From the IMG/VR virus record IMGVR_UViG_3300020461_000002: a DNA stretch of 64,000 nucleotides. One strand, written 5' to 3'. Positions 57,408 to 64,000 of the stretch are shown piece by piece. The position numbers and the translations under genes are program-made. Numbering within the stretch: the first letter of the stretch is position 1; the number at the start of each line of letters is the position of its first letter. The notes beneath the pieces are model-generated. The model did no database searches. It saw only the letters and a list, made by a program, of their open reading frames with translations, and was not told where the DNA came from. The DNA is from an uncultured virus (IMG/VR IMGVR_UViG_3300020461_000002). Lineage: Duplodnaviria; Heunggongvirae; Uroviricota; Caudoviricetes.

Positions 57408-58871
57408 ATGTCGCACTTGATTATTTCTAAGAAGAATGAAGTATATTTAAAAGTTGAAGCAGAACCACATGTATATTACGAACTAGCAGATCAGTTTACG
57501 TTTGATGTTCCTGGTGCAAAATTTATGCCTCAGTATCGAAGTAAATACTGGGACGGAAAGATTCGCTTATTCAATACCCAAACAGGAGAGATATACGTTG
57601 GGTTATTGGATAAGATTACGCAGTTTTGTGATAATCATGGATATACTTATGAATTTGTAGATAATAAATTTTACGGTCTTCCATTTGAAACAAATTTAAC
57701 AATTTCAAAGGAAGGTGTCAAAGATTATATGACTGCAGTGAGTAAGTATTCTCCTAGAGAATATCAGATTGAAGGCGTATACGACGCCTTAAAGCATAAT
57801 AGAAGGTTGTTGATATCCCCAACTGCTTCTGGAAAGTCTCTGATGATATATTCGATTGTGAGATATCACGTTGAACGCGGACAAAATACTCTGATAGTTG
57901 TTCCGACGACTTCCCTAGTAGAGCAGATGTATAAAGATTTTGCAGACTATGGTTGGGATGTAGGTTCATATTGCCACAAGATATACGCTGGTAGAGAGAG
58001 GGAAACAAATTCCCAAGTGATCATCACTACCTGGCAGTCCATCTATAAACTCCCCCGAAAGTATTTTAATCGATTTAACGTTGTGGTTGGGGATGAGGCA
58101 CACCAGTTCAAAAGTAAGTCACTAATATCTATAATGACAAAACTTTCAGATGCAAAGTTTCGATATGGATTTACAGGAACTCTTGATGGAACGCAAACAC
58201 ATAAATGGGTATTAGAAGGATTATTTGGACCATCATACAAGATTATCAGAACTGAAGAACTGATGGCAAAAGGTCATGTAGCTAAATTAGATATTAATGT
58301 TCTTTTATTAAAACACCCAGCACATAGATTTGAAACTTTTGAAGATGAAGTTCAGTATATCATTAATCATGATAGACGTAATAAATTTATCAGAAATCTT
58401 GCACTTGATTTAAAGGGTAATACTCTTATACTTTTCTCTAGAGTTGAAGGGCATGGACAACCATTATTCGATTTAATAAATAACGGTAGGGTGGATAGTC
58501 GTCAAGTTTTCTTCGTTCACGGAGGTGTCGCTACTGAAGACCGTGAACGTGTACGAGAAATTACTGAAAAAGAAAACGATGCAATTATTGTTGCTTCATA
58601 TGGAACATTTAGTACAGGAATCAACATAAGGAATTTGCACAATGTTATTTTTGCTTCTCCTTCTAAATCCAGAATACGAAACTTACAAAGTATTGGACGA
58701 GTACTTAGAAAAGGATCCAACAAAACAAAAGCGACTCTTTATGATATCGCTGACGATATATCCTACAAATCCAGGAAAAATTATACACTTAACCATTTGA
58801 TAGAAAGAATTAAAGTTTATAATGAGGAGAACTTTAATTATGATATTGTAAACATACCGCTAAAAAATTAA
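57408..58871 (+). CDS. uvsW: SF2 DNA helicase UvsW
   Basis: WDGKIRLF; PTASGKS; DEAH; QSIGRVLR. Confidence 0.96.
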   Translation: MSHLIISKKNEVYLKVEAEPHVYYELADQFTFDVPGAKFMPQYRSKYWDGKIRLFNTQTGEIYVGLLDKITQFCDNHGYTYEFVDNKFYGLPFETNLTISKEGVKDYMTAVSKYSPREYQIEGVYDALKHNRRLLISPTASGKSLMIYSIVRYHVERGQNTLIVVPTTSLVEQMYKDFADYGWDVGSYCHKIYAGRERETNSQVIITTWQSIYKLPRKYFNRFNVVVGDEAHQFKSKSLISIMTKLSDAKFRYGFTGTLDGTQTHKWVLEGLFGPSYKIIRTEELMAKGHVAKLDINVLLLKHPAHRFETFEDEVQYIINHDRRNKFIRNLALDLKGNTLILFSRVEGHGQPLFDLINNGRVDSRQVFFVHGGVATEDRERVREITEKENDAIIVASYGTFSTGINIRNLHNVIFASPSKSRIRNLQSIGRVLRKGSNKTKATLYDIADDISYKSRKNYTLNHLIERIKVYNEENFNYDIVNIPLKN

Positions 58872-59290
58872 TGGAAGAAGAGTTTTACGCAGTAATAAAA
58901 TTAGTTTCAGGTGAGGAAATAGTTTCCTTAGTATCTAAGGATGACAATGATGGAGATCCAGTATTAGTTCTTCAAACTCCTATCATCATGCACATGATTC
59001 AAAATCATAGAGGTAATGTCGTAAAGATTAAACCTTGGATGGAAATACCAGATGATGATTTCTTTATTATAAAACCTGAAAAGATTTTAACAATAACAGA
59101 ACTAAAAAATGATGTTATCATTAACATATACAATAACTATGTGAAAGATGAAGAAATGCCTAAACACATAAGAAAAGAGAATAAAAAATCTGGAAAGGTA
59201 AAACCATCCAGAGAAATGGGATATATTAGTAGTGTAGAAGAAGCAAGAACAAAACTTGAAGATCTCTATAATCTTAAAGAAAACTCATAG
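58871..59290 (+). CDS. Conserved protein, Sm-like fold
   Basis: IKLVSGEEI..PW..F.I....I pattern; position between uvsW and gp55. Confidence 0.6.
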   Translation: MEEEFYAVIKLVSGEEIVSLVSKDDNDGDPVLVLQTPIIMHMIQNHRGNVVKIKPWMEIPDDDFFIIKPEKILTITELKNDVIINIYNNYVKDEEMPKHIRKENKKSGKVKPSREMGYISSVEEARTKLEDLYNLKENS

Positions 59291-59322
59291 CTAATAGATT
59301 ACCCATCAAACCTAACAAAGGT

Positions 59323-59351
59323 ATTCTACTTATAATTCGCTATGTTGTCAA
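59323..59351 (-). promoter_or_regulatory. Antisense sigma70-type promoter
   Basis: Minus strand TTGACA-17 bp-TAGAAT. Confidence 0.6.
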
Positions 59352-59372
59352 GTCATAAAAGTGTGTTATAAT
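59345..59372 (+). promoter_or_regulatory. sigma70-type promoter of gp55
   Basis: TTGTCA-16 bp-TATAAT with TGn extension. Confidence 0.65.
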
Positions 59373-59404
59373 AAACATATGAATTATTATTAAATGCAAA
59401 TGTT

Positions 59405-59920
59405 ATGCCTAGAAAAAAGACAGAACAATACGTAAATAACAGAGAGTTGTTGGACGCTTTAATTGTCTATAGATCTAAGGTAGAAAAACATTTCATCGAG
59501 AACTATGGTAGAGAACCTACTAAAGAAGATAGAGCAAAGCGGTGGCCTGGTAAACCTCCAATTACAAACTATCTTGGTGAATGTTTCCTAAAGATCGCTA
59601 CACATCTATCTTATAAACCAAACTTTGTCAATTACATGTTCCGTGAGGACATGATCTCTGATGGTATTGAGAATTGTGTGCAGTATATACACAATTTTAA
59701 TCCAGAAAAATCAAAGAATCCTTTTGCATATTTTACTCAAATCATTCACTACGCTTTCCTTCGTAGGATTCAGAAGGAGAAGAAACAACTTGAAATCAAA
59801 TCAAAAATCATTTCCAAATCTGGATATGATGAAGTCATGATGGTTGATGACAGCTTGCTTTCTGGCAGTAGTTCAGACTATAATAGCATCAAAGATGCCA
59901 TCACCCAGAAGAATAGATGA
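59405..59920 (+). CDS. gp55: Late transcription sigma factor gp55
   Basis: YVNN..; KIATHLSYKPNF.NY; DMISDGIENC; NPFAYFTQI. Confidence 0.95.
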   Translation: MPRKKTEQYVNNRELLDALIVYRSKVEKHFIENYGREPTKEDRAKRWPGKPPITNYLGECFLKIATHLSYKPNFVNYMFREDMISDGIENCVQYIHNFNPEKSKNPFAYFTQIIHYAFLRRIQKEKKQLEIKSKIISKSGYDEVMMVDDSLLSGSSSDYNSIKDAITQKNR

Positions 59921-60951
59921 AGGTTGCTATCATTACAGATACTCATTATGGTGCTCGTAAAGGATCAAAGTTTCTTCACGATTATTTTGAGAAGTTTTAC
60001 AAAGATATTTTTTTCCCAGCATTAGAGGATAATAATATCACAACGGTGATTCATATGGGAGATGCTTTTGATAGTCGAAAATCAATTGATTATCAAAGTT
60101 TAGAGTGGGCAAAGAGAGTTGTATTTGATCCTCTCAAATCATATGATGTTCACATGATTGTGGGTAATCATGATTGTTATTACAAGAATACTAATGAAGT
60201 CAATTCTCCAGAACTTCTTCTTCAAACTTATAGTAATATTAAAACCTATAGTGAAATTTCAGAAGTTGCTATAGATAATTTGCAAGTGCTGTTTATTCCG
60301 TGGATCAATGCTGAAAATTTTGAAAGTAGTGTCAAATCTATTAAAGATTCAACTAGCAAAGTCGCGATGGGGCACCTTGAACTCAACGGATTTAGAGCGC
60401 ATCGCGGTCACACCATGGAAGACGGTATGGCGAGCGAACTATTTGAGAAGTTCGAGCGGACATTTTCGGGTCATTACCATACACGATCAGACAACGGACG
60501 AATCTTCTATCTAGGCAATCCTTATGAGATGTTTTGGAATGATGTGAATGATCCTCGCGGATTTACAATTTTTGATACAGAAACTCTTGAGCACACTCAT
60601 ATTGAAAATCCATATAAACTTTTTCATAATATTTACTATGAAGATACTCCATTACAATTATTTAAATTTAAGGAGTATGAAGGTAAGATTGTAAAAGTAA
60701 TTGTTCGTAAAAAAACAGAACCCAAACAGTTTGAAAAGTTTATTGATAAACTTTATTCCGTTGGGGTTCAAGATATGAAAATTATTGAGAACTTTCAAAT
60801 TCATGAGAGTGAAGATTTTGAAGTTGATGAGGAGGAAAACACGATATCAATTTTGAATAGATATATTGAAGAGTCTGATTTAGAACTTGATAAAGGTGTA
60901 GTCAAGAAAATTCTTCAGGATCTTTACAGACAATCTTGTGAGGTCGAGTAA
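59917..60951 (+). CDS. gp47: Recombination endonuclease subunit gp47 (Mre11/SbcD-like)
   Basis: DTH, GDAFD, GNHD, GHLE, SGHYH phosphoesterase motifs. Confidence 0.95.
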   Translation: MKVAIITDTHYGARKGSKFLHDYFEKFYKDIFFPALEDNNITTVIHMGDAFDSRKSIDYQSLEWAKRVVFDPLKSYDVHMIVGNHDCYYKNTNEVNSPELLLQTYSNIKTYSEISEVAIDNLQVLFIPWINAENFESSVKSIKDSTSKVAMGHLELNGFRAHRGHTMEDGMASELFEKFERTFSGHYHTRSDNGRIFYLGNPYEMFWNDVNDPRGFTIFDTETLEHTHIENPYKLFHNIYYEDTPLQLFKFKEYEGKIVKVIVRKKTEPKQFEKFIDKLYSVGVQDMKIIENFQIHESEDFEVDEEENTISILNRYIEESDLELDKGVVKKILQDLYRQSCEVE

Positions 60952-61229
60952 TGTACCTATTAACTGTAAAGAATAATAAAGATGAGGGAGCATATGCCGT
61001 TCAGGATTCTCATGGACATAAGGTTCTTTTTCTTTTTGAGGAGGAAGATGATGCGGAAAGATATTCTATAATGATTAGTAGTGAAGAATATGCAGAAGAA
61101 CTAGAGGTAGTAGAAGTTGACGACGAGCTTGCAATAAAAACATGTAAGATGTATAATTATAAGTATTCCATAATTACACCAAACGATATTGTAATCCCAC
61201 CAAATAATGATAATCTTCAAGACGATTAA
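60951..61229 (+). CDS. Conserved hypothetical protein
   Basis: LFEEEDDAERY; between gp47 and gp46. Confidence 0.8.
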   Translation: MYLLTVKNNKDEGAYAVQDSHGHKVLFLFEEEDDAERYSIMISSEEYAEELEVVEVDDELAIKTCKMYNYKYSIITPNDIVIPPNNDNLQDD

Positions 61230-62916
61230 GTGGAAAAATTTTCTTTCAACGGGAAACCAATGGACTAGTATTGATTTTGAGAGTAATAATACTAATTTGA
61301 TTATTGGAACAAATGGATCTGGAAAGTCTACTCTATTAGATGCTCTTACCTTTGTTTTATTTAATAAACCATTCCGCAAAATTAATAAACCTCAACTTGC
61401 AAATTCTACAAACGAAAGAGATTGTTTAGTTGAAATTACATTTCAATTGAACGGTAAAGAATATTTGATTCGTAGAGGAATCAAACCAAATATTTTTGAT
61501 ATTGAAGTTGATGGATCATTGCTACACAAAGAGGCAGATGATAGATCCAATCAAAAAATATTAGAGGAAAGCATTCTCAAAGTAAATTATAAATCATTTA
61601 CTCAGATTGTTATTTTGGGTAGTAGTACTTTTGTACCTTTCATGCAATTGACTACTGCAAATCGGAGAGAAGTAATTGAAGATCTTTTGGATATTCGTAT
61701 TTTCTCCGTGATGAATAATCTTTTAAAAGAAAAGATGAGAATTTATAAGGAGCAAGTAAAATCTCTAGAACTTAAAAAAGAAAATATTAAAGAAAAAGAA
61801 AAGATGCAGAGAGACTTCATGGAGGAGTTGGAGAATCGCGGAAATGAAAACATAGAAACAAATAAATCTAAGATTGAAAAACTTCTAAAAGAAGTTGATA
61901 TGTATATGTTAGATAATGCAAGAGTTGAAGAAGATATACACAGATATACAAAGGAGATGGAAGAGGTAGCAGGTGCCAGAGAAAAGTTATCTAAACTAAA
62001 CAATTTAAAAGGTAAGATTTCCAATAAGGTTTCAAATATAACTAAAGAGCATAAGTTTTTTACAGAGAATGCGGTCTGCCCTACTTGCCGCCAAGATATA
62101 GAGGAAGAGTTTCGGTTAAATAGAATTAGTGACGCTCAAGATACAGCAAAAGAACTGAAGAAAGGATTTGATGAACTTGAATCCACTATTAAGTTTGAAC
62201 AAGAAAGAGAGCGTCAATTCAATTCCCTAACCAAGGAGATTACAAATTTAACACATGGCATTTCTCAAAACAATACTCGGATTAACCTCGACCAGAGACA
62301 AATCAGAGATCTTGAACATGAAATTCAAACTATTACCAGCAACCTGCAGAACAGAAATTCTGAACATGAGAAATTAGAACAGTTTAGGGAAACTCTATCG
62401 AAGACAATTGAAGATTTATCAGAAAAAAGACAAGAAATCGTTTATCACGATTTTGCCTATTCTCTACTTAGAGACGATGGTGTAAAGACGAAGATCATCA
62501 AAAAGTATCTTCCGTTCATAAATCAACAAGTTAATCGTTATCTTCAGATGATGGATTTCTACATCAACTTCAAACTTGATGAAGAATTTAATGAGACTAT
62601 TGAGTCACCAATTCATGAACATTTTTCATATTCTTCATTCAGTGAAGGTGAAAAAATGAGAATTGATCTAGCACTTCTTTTTACTTGGAGGGAAGTTGCC
62701 AGAGTAAAAAACTCAGTAAATACAAACTTGTTGATTATGGATGAAGTATTTGATTCTTCTCTTGATGGATTTGGCACAGATGAATTCTTAAAGATTATTA
62801 GGTACGTAATCAAGAACGCTAACATCTTTGTTATATCACATAAAGAATCTTTACTAGATAAATTTGACAGTGTGATAAAATTTGACAAGCAAAAAGGATT
62901 CAGTACAATGGTATGA
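61207..62916 (+). CDS. gp46: Recombination ATPase gp46 (Rad50/SbcC-like)
   Basis: GTNGSGKS, zinc hook CPTC, FSEGE signature, LIMDEVFD. Confidence 0.96.
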   Translation: MIIFKTIKWKNFLSTGNQWTSIDFESNNTNLIIGTNGSGKSTLLDALTFVLFNKPFRKINKPQLANSTNERDCLVEITFQLNGKEYLIRRGIKPNIFDIEVDGSLLHKEADDRSNQKILEESILKVNYKSFTQIVILGSSTFVPFMQLTTANRREVIEDLLDIRIFSVMNNLLKEKMRIYKEQVKSLELKKENIKEKEKMQRDFMEELENRGNENIETNKSKIEKLLKEVDMYMLDNARVEEDIHRYTKEMEEVAGAREKLSKLNNLKGKISNKVSNITKEHKFFTENAVCPTCRQDIEEEFRLNRISDAQDTAKELKKGFDELESTIKFEQERERQFNSLTKEITNLTHGISQNNTRINLDQRQIRDLEHEIQTITSNLQNRNSEHEKLEQFRETLSKTIEDLSEKRQEIVYHDFAYSLLRDDGVKTKIIKKYLPFINQQVNRYLQMMDFYINFKLDEEFNETIESPIHEHFSYSSFSEGEKMRIDLALLFTWREVARVKNSVNTNLLIMDEVFDSSLDGFGTDEFLKIIRYVIKNANIFVISHKESLLDKFDSVIKFDKQKGFSTMV

Positions 62917-62920
62917 TGTT

Positions 62921-63118
62921 ATGGACTACAAACCCTATTCGCCTGAGTGGCACCGCAAAAGGTATCTTAAAGAAGCAATCGAAACATATTTTGATGACTA
63001 CGTAGATAATGAAATAATCTACGAAGATATCATGGATATTCTAGGTGCTAGGATGTCTGCTGCGATTAACGAGGTTAACAAGGTTCTTGATTTAAAAGAC
63101 AAACTCAAAACGAATTAG
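62921..63118 (+). CDS. Hypothetical protein
   Basis: ORF 62882..63118; ATG 62921 preferred; TTGACA-16 bp-TACAAT at 62882-62909. Confidence 0.7.
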   Translation: MDYKPYSPEWHRKRYLKEAIETYFDDYVDNEIIYEDIMDILGARMSAAINEVNKVLDLKDKLKTN

Positions 63119-63119
63119 T

Positions 63120-63434
63120 ATGCTATCAACCCAATACAGACTCCGACTGGAGTTTATCTGTAAGAAGATCGCTAACAATGAAGAAGTAAAATTAGAGGAC
63201 ATGATCTGGGCAGAGAAACTTGCCAAGGCTCATACAACTGCTAGAGATTGGTTAAACAAAGCACGTCGACAAGCATCACAGAATATTGAGGAAGGTAGTA
63301 CAGATGATTTTCTCAATAGGATGGGATTAGGAGACCCCGACCCATCCAATCACAAAACGGGGTTCGATAGTGCAGATGACATTAAAGATTGGTTTCAACG
63401 AGACAAACCTGATGATTGGAGGCAACGTGACTAG
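63120..63434 (+). CDS. Conserved hypothetical cyanophage protein
   Basis: MLSTQYRLRLE..GLGDPDP..DWRQRD. Confidence 0.8.
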   Translation: MLSTQYRLRLEFICKKIANNEEVKLEDMIWAEKLAKAHTTARDWLNKARRQASQNIEEGSTDDFLNRMGLGDPDPSNHKTGFDSADDIKDWFQRDKPDDWRQRD

Positions 63435-63582
63435 TAATGTTACAAAAATGAATATTGTGAATAACTTACTAGATAAAATAGGTGAGTTATTAAATGCGAA
63501 AGTGCATCGTCAAGATGTTATAGATTCTACGGGTAATGCTTCAAAAAGAATTATAATCACATACAAGGAGGAAAATGGTTGA
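63427..63582 (+). CDS. Hypothetical protein
   Basis: ORF 63370..63582; start uncertain (GTG 63427 or ATG 63448). Confidence 0.6.
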   Translation: MTSNVTKMNIVNNLLDKIGELLNAKVHRQDVIDSTGNASKRIIITYKEENG

Positions 63583-63820
63583 CAACACATGCGTAATTTA
63601 TTCTGATGGGAGTCAGGAGTGTGAAAGAGTTGCACAATTGCTCAAATCAATAGGAGGAGAATTTTTAGAGTATCGTTTAGACGAACACTTTAGTCAGCGT
63701 GCATTTGAATCAGAATTTGGAAAGGATGCTACATATCCACAGGTAGCCATCGGTGCTAGGCATGTTGGAAATTTGAAAGAAACCTTGCATCACCTTAAGG
63801 ATCAGGGTGAGTTCGCTTGA
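63575..63820 (+). CDS. Glutaredoxin-like protein with atypical SxxC site
   Basis: VIYS..SQECER..ATYPQV.IG..HVG. Confidence 0.7.
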   Translation: MVDNTCVIYSDGSQECERVAQLLKSIGGEFLEYRLDEHFSQRAFESEFGKDATYPQVAIGARHVGNLKETLHHLKDQGEFA

Positions 63821-63821
63821 T

Positions 63822-63866
63822 AAACTGTCCACTGAGATGTCCTAGGGGTACCTTTGGTTGTATAAT
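63822..63866 (+). promoter_or_regulatory. Early promoter cassette variant
   Basis: AAACTGTCCAC motif; TATAAT at 63861-63866. Confidence 0.55.
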
Positions 63867-63887
63867 AGGTCCATACGCAACATAGCG

Positions 63888-64000
63888 ATGACCATTTCCC
63901 ACGAAATTAAATCTCAACTTGCCAAACTGCTTGCTACTGAGGATCTCATGGTTGAGCATCGTCATGTTGAGACTGCACAGTTCAATGTCCACACTCGCGT
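63888..64000 (+). CDS. 5' end of putative metallopeptidase/VWA (CobT-like) protein (partial)
   Basis: MTISHEIKSQLAKLLATEDLMVEHRHVETAQFNVHTR resembles the N-terminus of the conserved T4-like phage family usually paired with a CobS/MoxR ATPase. Confidence 0.6.
   Translation, partial: MTISHEIKSQLAKLLATEDLMVEHRHVETAQFNVHTR

Noticed and set aside
12400..62888. Numerous minus-strand and alternate-frame ORFs overlapping core genes (e.g. 36583..37155, 52768..53211, 53851..54402)
   Set aside because: Shadow ORFs produced by the codon bias of the real genes; no motifs or initiation signals.
1..64000. tRNA/rRNA genes, integrase, photosynthesis genes (psbA, hli) and bilin enzymes
   Set aside because: None were recognised by eye. 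Intergenic gaps are mostly too short for tRNAs, but a tRNAscan/Infernal run would be needed to exclude them.

Overview
This 64-kb window comes from a T4-like marine cyanomyovirus (Kyanoviridae-like, probably infecting Synechococcus or Prochlorococcus; inferred from gene content and order). Almost every gene is on the + strand. (1) 1-12.4 kb is an accessory/early region. It holds many short hypothetical ORFs with sigma70-type promoters and a cassette of three 2OG-Fe(II) oxygenases, a gp38-like glycine-rich adhesin and two Cys-rich proteins. It also holds the only credible minus-strand gene (a NUMOD4/HNH-like protein with an apparently broken active site) beside a repeat-rich divergent control region, three tiny acidic ORFs missed by the ORF track, and a GC-rich island with a cyAbrB-ArdA-like fusion and a ligase-motif protein. 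(2) 12.4-56.8 kb is the virion module: gp25, gp6, a 5343-aa gp7-like baseplate protein, gp8, a 2367-aa structural protein, gp13-gp23, an inserted subtilisin-like protease and gp3. (3) 56.8-64 kb has uvsY, uvsW, gp55, gp47, gp46 and small ORFs. The most striking observation is two nested phycobiliprotein-like (globin-fold) domains inside the giant baseplate protein, which keep Cys/Asp residues at positions equivalent to bilin-attachment sites. This suggests a possibly chromophorylated, light-responsive virion. I saw no tRNA, rRNA, CRISPR array or integrase. All assignments come from motif recognition and synteny, not database searches.
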